The notes under the pieces were generated by a model, which was given only the letters and a program-made list of their open reading frames with translations, was not told where the DNA came from and ran no database searches. A stretch of 64,000 nt of DNA from Malacoraja senta (taxonomy: Eukaryota), in the NCBI GenBank assembly GCA_038087875.1, contig CM075981.1:6882001-6946000 (forward strand). The letters are read 5' to 3'. The translations under genes and the position numbers were made by a program. Below, one piece after another: positions 37,945 through 49,200 of the stretch. How positions within the stretch are numbered: position 1 is the first letter of the stretch; every line of letters starts with the position of its first letter.

Positions 37945-39277
37945 GTGGGTTAATTCACATCTGAAAGGGGCAAGTTGTCCCGGAGTGGGAGAGGGAGCTT
38001 GTCCAAATCTCGTCNNNNNNNNNNNNNNNNNNNNNNNNNNNNNNNNNNNNNNNNNNNNNNNNNNNNNNNNNNNNNNNNNNNNNNNNNNNNNNNNNNNNNN
38101 NNNNNNNNNNNNNNNNNNNNNNNNNNNNNNNNNNNNNNNNNNNNNNNNNNNNNNNNNNNNNGCAAAGAGAGAGTGTGCATGAGAGAAGTGCGAGAGAAGG
38201 TGGGGAGAGTGAGGGGGAAGCAGAGAGGGAGGCAAAGAGAGAGTGTCTGTGTGAGAGATGGATGTATATATATAGAGAGAAACAGAGAGGGTTGGAGGTG
38301 GTGTGAGGGGGAGAGAGACGAGAGAAATTGCGAGCGAGGGGGGAAAGAGCAAAAGAGAGACTGAGAGGGAGATTGAGATGGAGTGAGAGGAGAAAACAGT
38401 AAGAGAACAAGGGTGTTGGAGAAAGAGAAGGGCGATGGGGGAGGAAGAGATGCTGAGGGGTGAGCGAAGGTGAGAGAGGGGAAAGCGTGATGGATGTAAA
38501 CTGAATAAACAAGGTGAAAAAAGGGGAAGAGAGGGGAAGATGGAGAGAGGGGAAAGAGCAAAAACACAGAGAGTGAGATTGGGGGAAGAGCGAGTGAGTG
38601 GGAGGGAACGGAAGAGAAAAATAGACAGAAAGAGGGAGCGAGGGAGATGAGAGAGAGAGGTGGAGAGACAGACACATAAAAGGATGAGTGGGAGGGAGAG
38701 GGAGAATGAGAGGAGAGAGGTAAAGAGAGTGGGGAAATGAGCGAGAGGGGGAAGAGAATAAGAGGAAAGAAAGAGAGAGGGTGATATGGGGGAAAGAAAG
38801 AGAGAAGAAGAAAGCGAGGAAGGGGGACAGAAAGGGAGTGAGTGGTAAGAGAGAGCCAGAGGGAAGGGAGAGTGAGAGATAGTACAACAGGAGGGAGGAG
38901 GGATGGGAGAGTGAGATAGCAGAGGGAGAGAGAGCGTGAAAGAGGGGAGGGGGGTGAGAGGAGAGGGATAGGTAGTGAGAGGGAGAGAGAGGGGGAGAGA
39001 GGGAGGAAAGAGGGTGGAGAGTAAACGAGAAGGGGACTCAGAGAGAGTGAGAGGGACGGGGTTATGTGGCTAAGAGGATATGGGGTGCATGATAGAGAGA
39101 GAGGGTAATTGAAACGTGAGCATGGGGTTAAAACGGCAAAAAAGTGACAAAATTCTGGAGTAACTCGGGGGGTCAGGTTCCCCAACACCCCCCTCCCCTG
39201 CACTTCCCTCACGCCCCACACCCCCCACACCATCTTTGGCTGTATGTAGGCCATACAAACGAGGCAGGCAGAGGCCG

Positions 39278-39355
39278 GGTTCTGCGACAGACTTTGACGG
39301 CTGTGCTCGGGATTCGAAGCCCACTTTGGCAAAGGGACTAAACTGGTCATATTGG
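39278..39355 (+). CDS. TRBJ: TCR beta J segment J4 with 12-RSS (coding 39306-39355)
   Basis: GGTTCTGCG, 12 nt, GGCTGTG (39299-305). SGFEAHFGKGTKLVIL(G); donor GTAAGT. Confidence 0.93.
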
Positions 39356-39629
39356 GTAAGTGGATCGGCCGCTCTCGGGTCTAGAGGAGTTTTACCAGAA
39401 CGATGCCTGGATTCAGCAGGGTGAGGGTGTGCAGAGAAGATTTACGCGGATGTTCCCAGGACACGAGAGGCCTGAGTTATAGGGAGTGGTTAGCCAGGCT
39501 ATGACTTTATTGCTCGGAGCACAGGAGCCTGAGGGATGATCATATAGAGGTGTATAAGATCAGGTGAATGCGCAGTCTTTCTCCCGCAGGTATGGGAATG
39601 AAGAACCAGAGGACATAGTTTTTAAATGA

Positions 39630-40830
39630 AGTCAAGTCAAGTCACATTTATTTACATAGCATATTTAAAAAACGACTCTCGTTGGCCAAAGTGCTTTGGA
39701 TTTGTTATAAGAATAGTATAAACAAACAAACTACATACATATATACATATAGCCCTCGCTCAGAGGACGTCCAGAAAGGCTTGGGAGTACAGATATGTTT
39801 TTAGTCTTGACTTAAAGGAGTCGATGGAGGGGGCAGTTCTGATGGGAAGAGGGATGTTGTTCCACAGTCTAGGAGTTGCAACCGCAAAGGCGCTGTCGCC
39901 CCTGAGCTTATGCCGAGACCGCGGGATATTCAGCAACCCCAAGTCGGCCGATCTGAGGGACCTGGAGGTGGAGTGGTGGGTGATAAGACTTTTAATGTAG
40001 GTGGGGGAAAGCCCCATTGAGGGCTTTGTAGACATAGAGGAGGTTCTTGAAATGTATACGGAACCGCACAGGGACCCAGTGGAGAGAGGAGATCGGGGTG
40101 ATATGGTTCCTTTTTCGGGTGCCCGTCAGGAGTCTCGCTGCGGCGTTTTGGACCAGTTGCAGGCGGGAGAGGGAAGATTGGCTGATGCCAGTGTAAAGGG
40201 AGTTGCAGTAATCTAGGCGGGAGGAGATAAATGTGTGGATGATCTTTTCGAGGTCATCAAACTGGAGGGATTTTTTTATTTTAGCTATCGTCCGAAGCTG
40301 AAAGAAGCTAGCTTTTACCACGGCATTGACTTGTTTGTCAAATATCAGTGCTGAGTCAAATATCACGCCAAGGTTTTTGACGTGATGTTTGAGTAGTGGG
40401 GTAAGGATTCCAAGGGTGCCTGCTATCATTTTGATTGAGTCCGAGGGGCCGAGAAGGATGACCTCTGACTTACTCTCGTTTAGTTGGAGGAAGTTCTGGG
40501 CCATTCAACACTTTGTATCCTCGAGGCAGCGGGTAAGGTTAAGCAGATTTGATTGGTTTGGGGGCTTCAGGGGGAGATAGAGTTGTGTATCGTCTGCGTA
40601 ACAATGGAAGGAAATGCCGGGCCTTTCAATGACTTGGCCTAAGGGAAGCATATGCAGGGAGAAGAGAATGGGGCCAAGGATGGAACCTTGTGGAACCCCA
40701 CAGCAGAGACTAGCTGGGGAGGAGAAAGAGTTGCCTATGTTAGTCGAGAAACTCCTACCTTTGAGGTAGGAGATGAACCAGCTCAGGGCAGTGCCATCAA
40801 TACCAACCCCGAACCGGAGGCGGTCAATTA
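39630..40830 (-). mobile_element. 5'-truncated L2-clade LINE inserted in a CR1 fragment; a second short 3' copy at ~52137-52288
   Basis: GVPQGSILGP, CYADDTQLY, LDYCNSL and LQLVQNAAARLL motifs; (TTGAC)n tail. Host CR1 sequence resumes on both sides. Confidence 0.88.
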
Positions 40831-41284
40831 GAGGGAATGATTTAACGGGAACCTGATGGGCAACTTTTTCACACAGTAATTGGTGGATATAAGGAACGAG
40901 CTGCCGGAGGGATTGTACAGTCACAACAGTTAAAACAAGGGATTATACAGGCAGGCACAATCACAACAGTTAAAACAAATTTGCGCAGGTATAAAGATAG
41001 GAACGGTTCAGAGAGACATGGGTCAAACGATGGTAGGTGGCACTAGTGTAGATGGGGCGTGTTGTTTGGCCTCCCTGAGTTGGGCCAAAGGGCATGTTTT
41101 CACGCTACATATCTCCATAGGTGTGCAAGATGTTGGTGAGTATTGTGTTCAGCTTTGGTCACCCTGCTGTTGGACGGATGTTGTTAAGCTGGAAAGTGCA
41201 GAGAAGATTTACGAGGATGTTGCCAGGAAGCGAGGAGCCTGAGCTACAGAGGTTGGGTAGGATAGGAACTCGTCCCACCGTGTC

Positions 41285-41540
41285 CACGCCGATCAGCGAT
41301 CACCCCGTACACGAGCACTATCCTACACAATAGGAATAGAATTTACAATTATTGTTTTACGAATGCCAAATTAACCGACAAACCAGTATGTCTTTGGAAT
41401 GTGGAAGGAACCCGGAGCACCCGGAGAAAACACACGTGGTCACGGGGAGAACGTACAAACTCCACACAGAGAGCACCCGTAGTCAGGATCGATCCCGGAT
41501 CTCTGGGACAGTTAGGCAGTAGCGCTACCGCTGAGGGACT
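41285..41540 (-). mobile_element. tRNA-derived SINE (HE1/V-SINE-like); a related + strand copy at ~47240-47640
   Basis: B-box-like GG(A/T)TCGATCC head and 'tgtgtggagtttgtacgttctccccgtga' core. Family name is from recall, not a search. Confidence 0.7.
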
Positions 41541-42493
41541 TCTCGTGAGGGGTAAACTTTTTGCAGAGTGTGTGATGGTATATAGAATGAGCTGCCAGAG
41601 GAGAGAGTTGAGGCAGGTAGGCATTTATACAGGTATGTGGATAGGAAAGATTTAGAGATTTTGGCCAAACAGAGGGTCTACTGTAGATGGGCATGTTGGT
41701 TGGCATGAGCAAGTTGGGCAAATTCACGATGATGAGGGCAAAGCACTGGACACTGTATGTATGGTCTTCAGCAAGGTATTTGACAAGGTTCTGCATGGCA
41801 GGTTGCTCTGAAAGTCTTGATCGAATGGGATCCAGGGAGAGATAGCTGACTGGATAGAGAATTGGCTTCATGTAAGGAAGAAGAGGTGATGGTGGAAGGT
41901 TGTTTTTCAGACTGGAGGCCGGTGACCAGTGGTGTGCATCAGGGATCTGTGCTGGGCCATGGCTGTTTGTGGTTTATATCATCAAATTGGATGAGAACGT
42001 GTAAGGCATGATTAGCATGTATGCAGATGACACTAAAGTAGGTGTAATCGAAGACAGCGAAGATGGTGGTCAGAAATTGCAGCAGACTCATAATCGGCTG
42101 GGCAGGAGGGCTGAGGAATGGTTGATGGAGTTCAATGCGTAGAAGTGTGAGGTGTTGTATTTTAGGAATCCAAACCAGTGCAGGACCTATACGGTGAATG
42201 GTAGGGTTCCATGGAGTGATGTAGAAGAGAGGAATCTAGGAGCGCAGGTATAAAGTTTCCTAAAAGTGGTGTCACAGGTAGATAGGGATTGTTGTAAAGC
42301 AGAGCTATCTAGGAATGCAGGCACATATTTAAATATGTGGTATCAGTGAAAGACAGGGAGTGTTGTAGATTATCTGGATCCATGAGCGCGTGTACATAGT
42401 TCCCTTAATTTTGGGTCAGGGGTAGTCCAGGAGTGTTGTGGAGCAAAGAGTAAAGTATCGTAGAAGAATACCAAATATCCACACCTTCAGAAT

Positions 42494-42548
42494 CCCCTCC
42501 ATTGGTTGAACGTCGTCCAATGGGAGGGGTTCTGTGGGTCACGTCACG
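42494..42548 (+). promoter_or_regulatory. Candidate D-beta germline promoter: inverted repeat with two opposed CCAAT boxes (42494-42529) plus CRE-like ACGTCA (42541-46)
   Basis: CCCCTCCATTGG...CCAATGGGAGGGG, then GTCACGTCACG directly 5' of the D 12-RSS. Confidence 0.5.
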
Positions 42549-42552
42549 TTTA

Positions 42553-42632
42553 TGTAATTGTATGATGATCCATCACCGTGGGAACAGTGGGGGCACTGTG
42601 TTGTAAACCGGCGTATACCTCGTACAAAAACC
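42553..42632 (+). CDS. TRBD: TCR beta D segment GGAACAGTGGGGG (42581-42593) flanked by a 5' 12-RSS and a 3' 23-RSS
   Basis: TGTAATTGT-12-CACCGTG [D] CACTGTG-23-ACAAAAACC. All three frames are open (GTVG / EQWG / NSG). Resembles the conserved vertebrate D-beta GGGACAGGGGGC. Confidence 0.93.
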
Positions 42633-43578
42633 TTCCTCCATGCAGGGCGAAGAACAGGGGGCAATGGGACCCGAGGACCTTTTCCAGATTCAGGTATAGT
42701 TACTTCCCAGCTGTTATCAGGAAATTGAACCGACCGTTCATAAACTAGAGAGCAGTCCTGACCTCCCATCTATCTGATTGCAGACCCTCAGACAATCTTT
42801 AATCGAACTTTGCTAGACTCTTGCACCACACGTTATTCCTCTCATCCCGTATCTGTCGGCTTGATTACTCTGGAAAAAGATGCAGAAGAGTTTAACGAGG
42901 ATGTTGCCAGGACTCGAGGGCCTAACCTACAGGGAGAGATTGGCAAGGTTTGGACTTTATTCCTTAGAGTGTAGGAGGATGATGGTTGAGCTCATAGAGG
43001 TGTATAAGATCATGAGGGGAATAGATAGGATGAAAGCACTGTCCATTACCCCCAGAGTAGGACAATCGAGAACCAGAGGACATAGATGTATGGTAAGAGG
43101 GGAAATATTAAATAGAAACCTGAGGGGCAACATTTTCACAAAAGAGGATAGTGGGTATATGGAAAGTTTGGAGGGATATGAGCCAAATGCAGGCAGGTGG
43201 GTCCAGTGCAGATGGGTATGTTTGTCGGTATGGCAGTTGGCAATTTGGGACGAAGAGCCTGTTTTCACAACGATTGACACTGATTGTAATCGTGTACAGT
43301 CGTTTGCCTGACTGATGAGCAGGACACAAAACAGTTTGTCACTGTACCTCTGCACACATGGCAATAATAACATAAACGAAAGGAAACTAAAACAATTTCC
43401 AAATTCACATTGGAAGCACATTCCCTATCCTGCTCCCGGCCCCTCCCCCCTTAGGACAGTGTTGGGCAGAATGATCCAGTCCCTCGACGAAAGTGTGGGG
43501 GGAGGGGTGGGAGAGGGGGGGGGGATGCTAACCAGCCCCACTTCTCAGTTGCGATTCTTTACGTACAGAGACCGGACT

Positions 43579-43655
43579 AGTTTTTGAACGGTCTCTGATC
43601 GCTGTGAACCAACAGGAAGCCTATTTTGGAAGCGGAACAAAATTAGTTGTTCTCG
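43579..43655 (+). CDS. TRBJ: TCR beta J segment J5 with 12-RSS (coding 43607-43655)
   Basis: AGTTTTTGA, 12 nt, CGCTGTG (43600-06). NQQEAYFGSGTKLVVL(G); donor GTGAGT. Confidence 0.94.
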
Positions 43656-45461
43656 GTGAGTGGAAACAGCGTGTGTGAACAGGAAGAGCGGACTCAAGGG
43701 GGGGGGGAGGGGGGTGGATGATAGAGGGGAAGGGAGAGAAAAAGAGGGGGAATAAAAGAGGTGGGAGAGAGAGTGGGAGAAAGAGAGGGAGGAAGAAGGT
43801 GGGAGTGGGATAGAGAGAGAGAGTGAAAGAGAGAAGGGGTGGAGAGGGAGGGAGAGCGGAGATAGAAAGATTGAGAAGGGGAGGGAGAGGGAGGAGTGAG
43901 AAAGGGTCAGAGACGGTGAGAGAGTGGAGAGAGAGAATGAAATAGAGCAACGGAGAGAGAGAAAGAAAGAGAGTGAGAGGGGGAGAGGGAAAGAGAGAGA
44001 AGGGGAGAGAAAGGGGAGAGAGGGGAGGAAGAGGGGAGGAACAGGGAGAGAGTGGCAGATGGAGAGAGGGAGAGAAAAGGGGGTGGGAGAGAGAAGGAGG
44101 GGGAGACAGAGAGGGAGAAAGAGAGAAGGGAGTGTGGGGATGGGAGTATTGTGAGCCAAATAACTGAGGGTGGAAATATTTGTGCTTGGTTTGCCACAGC
44201 CAGGGAGGAGGCTGAGAGAACTATTGTGAATGTCTAAAAGCCATACATCATGGAAACAGGCACGTTGGTCTAACACCTAAGGTGGTGGAGTGTAGAGGGA
44301 GAGAGGGGGAGAGGGAGAGGAATGGGAGGGAGAGATGGGAGAAGGAGAGCGGGAGAGAGAGCGGGGGAGAGGGGCAGAAGGAGGGAGAGTGTAGAGCGGA
44401 GGGGAGAGAGAGGGATAGAGAAAATGGGGTAGAGAGAGGATTTAGGGGAAATGGAATAATAGGAGGGGAGAGAGGGAGTGAGGGAAAGAGAGGGGGTGGA
44501 GAGGAATGGGGGAAGAGGGGGTGATGGAGAGAGGCAGTTTATTGCCGTGGTTGGGACAGAGATTGGAATAGTGGGAAACTGTTGTCCAGCCACCTCCAGG
44601 CTGAAGAGATCGACGGAACTTTCTTGCATCACTTTGCTCCCCTTCACAACCCACCCCCACTCCCTCCTCCTCCTCTCCCTCCCTTAGTCCGTCCCTTCCT
44701 CCCTTCTTTCCTCCGTCCCTCCCTCCAATGTACGGTTCCCTGTGGACTGGCAGCAAACATAGGGCACAGGCAGTGAACTGGAGGCTCAGCCCATGTTATC
44801 TCATGGCTTTCAATGTGTCTGGTTGGTCAGATNNNNNNNNNNNNNNNNNNNNNNNNNNNNNNNNNNNNNNNNNNNNNNNNNNNNNNNNNNNNNNNNNNNN
44901 NNNNNNNNNNNNNNNNNNNNNNNNNNNNNNNNNNNNNNNNNNNNNNNNNNNNNNNNNNNNNNNNNNNNNNNNNNNNNNNNNNNNNNNNNNNNNNNNNNNN
45001 NNNNNNNNNNNNNNNNNNNNNNNNNNNNNNNNNNNNNNNNNNNNNNNNNNNNNNNNNNNNNNNNNNNNNNNNNNNNNNNNNNNNNNNNNNNNNNNNNNNN
45101 NNNCTATATCTCTGCCTGTCTTTGTCTCTCTCTGTGTGTTTCTCGGTCTTTGTCTCTATCTTTGTGTGTCTCTATATCTCTTTATCTCTCCCTCTCCCTT
45201 ATTCTCTCTCTCTCTGTCTGTCTTTTTCTCTGTGAGANNNNNNNNNNNNNNNNNNNNNNNNNNNNNNNNNNNNNNNNNNNNNNNNNNNNNNNNNNNNNNN
45301 NNNNNNNNNNNNNNNNNNNNNNNNNNNNNNNNNNNNNNNNNNNNNNNNNNNNNNNNNNNNNNNNNNNNNNNNNNNNNNNNATAGGTGCAGGAGTAGGCCA
45401 TTCGGCCCTTCGAGCCTGCACCGCCATTCAATATGATCATGGCTGATCATCCAACAAATCT

Positions 45462-45546
<85 letters not shown>

Positions 45547-46249
45547 CTCTGTTTCTCTGTCTCTCAGTCACAGTCTCGCACAATCTATCTCTGTCTTTCT
45601 CTCTGTCTCTCTCTGTCTCTGTATTTTCCGCTGCCTGTCACTATATCTCTTTAGGTACACAAAAATGCTGGAGAAACACAGCGGGTGCAGCAGCATCTAT
45701 GGAGCGAAAGAAATAGACAACGTTTCGGGCCGAAACCCTTCTTTAGACTGATGCTGCTGGAACCGCTGTTTTTTTCCAGCATTTTTGTGTAACTTCCATT
45801 TTCCAGCATCTGCAGTTCCTTCTTTAACTGTATATCTCTTTATCTCTCCCTGTCTCTCTACCTGTCTTTCTCTGCCTGTCGCTGTCTCCCCGTCTGTCTG
45901 TCTGTCTCTCTGTCTCTTTCTCTCTCACCTTTGTCTCCCCCTATCTCTCTCTCTCTCTCCACTCNNNNNNNNNNNNNNNNNNNNNNNNNNNNNNNNNNNN
46001 NNNNNNNNNNNNNNNNNNNNNNNNNNNNNNNNNNNNNNNNNNNNNNNNNNNNNNNNNNNNNNNNNNNNNNNNNNNNNNNNNNNNNNNNNNNNNGTCTCGC
46101 ACACTCTCTATTCCTCTCTGTCTATCTCTTTCTTTCAGTGAACTACAGAGTTGGACCTCAAGTTTTCTCTATCTATGAGATTATTTTTCTGACCACTATT
46201 AAACTATACTTTATGCGGCACAACTGTAAACCGTGAGACGGATCCAGTT

Positions 46250-49200
46250 GGTCTATAATCAGCAAAAACGTCTGGTAGACAGACACAAAATGCTGGAGTA
46301 ACTGCACAGGTCAGACAGCAACTCGGGAGGAAATGAATAGGTGATGTTTCGGATCGAGACCCTTCTTCAGACTGAAAATCGTGGAAGGGAAACCAGAGAT
46401 ATAGACAGTGATATAAAGAGATATACAGTAGAACAAATGAATGAAAGATATGCAAAAATCCAACGATGATAAAGGAGACAGACCATTGTTAGCTGTGATC
46501 TAGGTGAAAACAAGTTACAGACAATGAGACTCAACAATACAATACTGAAGTTAGTACAACGACTTGGGTGGGGGTGGAACAGAAAGAGTGGTTGCAAGGG
46601 TTACTTAAAGTTAGAGAAATGAATGTTCATACTGCTGGGTTGTAAGCTGCCCAAGCGAAATATGAGGTGCTGCTCCTCCAATTTGCATTTGGCCCAGAAC
46701 ATTGTACACCTGGAACAGGGATTGTTCAACATACCCTACAAAGAGGCAGGCATAGCGGGGGTCCATACGGCTGTCCATGGCTACACCTTTGATTTGGAGG
46801 CAGTGAGAAGTGTCGAAGGAGAAGTTGTTAAGAGTGAGGCAGAGAGGAGTTTTCGTAGAGGAAAGTGGCTGGTTCTATGGTCTGGTATGTCTAAAAAGGT
46901 CAAGACAATTGTGAGGCTGCACTTGGAGTATTGTGTTCAGTTGTGGTTACACTGCTGAAGGATGTCGTTAAACAGTATGTCGTTGAACTCGGAAGGGTGC
47001 ACTTGTCTTTTAAATGTTATGGTACTTGCCTCAACTACCTACTCTGGCAGCTCGTTCCATACACCACCTCCCTCAGTGTGAAAAGGTTGCCCCTCATGTT
47101 ACTATTAAATCATTCCTTCTTTCACATTAAACCTCTGCCCTCTTGTTCTTGATTCACCTACCCTGGGGGTTAAAGACTCTGTGCATTCACCCAATCAATT
47201 ACCATGGTACAGAGAATCAAGAACTAGAGTGCATAGTTTTGGGATGGCACAGTAGTAGAGTTGCTGCTTTACAGCGCAGGCCTGGGTACGGTCCTAACTA
47301 TGGGTGCTGCCTGTGCGGAGTATGTACGTTCTCCATGTGACCGTGTGCGTTTCCACCCAGACTCCAAAGACGTACAGGTTTGTAAGTTGTACAAAAGGTC
47401 TGAAAATGGGTCCCGACCCGAAACGACACCCATCCTTTTCTCCCCAGAGATGCTGCCTGACCCACTGAGTTACTCTAGCACTTTATGTATATCCAGGTTT
47501 GCAAGTTATTTGGCTTTGGTAAGTTGTAAAATTGTCCCTAATGTTAATAATAGTGCTAGTGTACGGCTGATCGCTGGTCAGCGCGGACTCGGTGGACTGA
47601 AGGACATGTTTCCGCATTGTATTTCTAAAGTCAAGAGTCTAAAGCTTTAGGTGTAAAGGTGGAAAGATTTAACGGGAACAAAAGGGAGATGTTTTCACAC
47701 AGGTGCTGCTGCGGGAAGCATTTTTTTTAACAGATTGATCATAGTCTGGTTTGGGAACAGCTCCATCCAAGATCGCGAGAAATCGCAGAGTTGTGGATGC
47801 AATCCATACCATCACACACACCAACCTCCCTTGCATCGACTCCATGTACACTTCACATGGCAAGATAATTTTAGTTTTAGTTTCAGTTTTTAACTCCAGT
47901 TTATTGGGGTTGCCAGGTGTACCGAGGCACAATTAAAAGCATTTTTGTTGTGTGCTAACCAGTCTGCGGAAAGACTATACATGATTTCAATTGAGCCATA
48001 CACAGTATACTGATACAGGATAAAGTGAGTTACAAGATAAACATCACGAACGTCCGATTAAAGATAGCGCAAGTGTTTCCAACGAGGTTAACTGTAGCTT
48101 TGGACCACTTTCCAGTTGTTGATAGGATGGTTCAGTTGCCTGATAACAACTGGGAAGAAACAGTCCCTGAATCTGGAGGTGTGCGTTTTCACACTTCTGT
48201 AGCTTTCTCCTGATGGAAGATGGGAGAAGAGGGGGTGACTGGGGTGAGACTGTCTTGATTATGTTGGTGGCCTTGCCGAAGCAGCGTGAGGTATATGTGG
48301 AGTCAATGGAAGGGAGGTTTTTTGTGATGGTCTGGGCTGCATCCACAACTGTCAGCAATCCCTTGAGGTCGTGGATGGATCTGTTCCCATACCAAGCTGC
48401 GATGCTTCCCTATAAAATGCTTTCTATAGCTCGTCTGTAGTAGTTGGTGAGGATTGTTGAGGGCATGCCAAAACCGCACAAGGAAGTTGGGGTTGGTGCA
48501 CTTTCTTGGCCATTGATTTGATGTGGTTGGTCCAGGACAATTGATGGTGCTAAAGAAGTGTGAAAATGCATACCTCCAGATTCAGCGACATTTTTTCCCA
48601 CCTGTTATCTGGCCACTGAACCACCCCAGCTAAATAGAGTGGTCCTGACTTTCCATCTAGCTCATTGGAGATCTTTGAGCTAGCTTTAATCGGATATTAC
48701 TAGGCTTTATCTTGCACTAAATATTATTCCCTCTGTCCTGTATCTGGGCACTGTGGACGGCTCGATTGTAATCATGTAAAGTCTTTCCGATGATTGGATA
48801 GCATGCAATACAAAAGCTTTTCACTGTACCTCGGTGCATGTGAAATAATAAACTAAACTAAACTAAACAAGGAGAGGTTGGACATATATAAACAGAGGGG
48901 TCTTGGAGTCTGTTCATAACACGCTGTAAATGGCAACACAAGTAGATAAAGCAGTGAATAAGGTGTACGGTATGTTTCCTTTCATTGGTCAGGGCATTGA
49001 GTTTAAGAGTCAGGAAGTCATGATGCAGCTTCATAAAACTTTGGTCAGGTCGCATTTGGAGTACTGCATGCAGTTCTGGGCACCCACATTACAGGAAGGA
49101 TGTGGAAACGTTGTAAATGGTGCAGAATAGGTTTACCAGAATGCTGCCTAGATTAGGTGGTTTCAGTTGCAGGGAGTGGTTAGAGAGACCTAACGTAATA

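Noticed and set aside
44525-44600. Possible pseudo-J (GAGGCAG...TGCCGTG, then ATTGGAATAGTGGGAAACTGTTG)
   Set aside because: No FGXG motif, no nonamer, wrong spacing and no splice donor.
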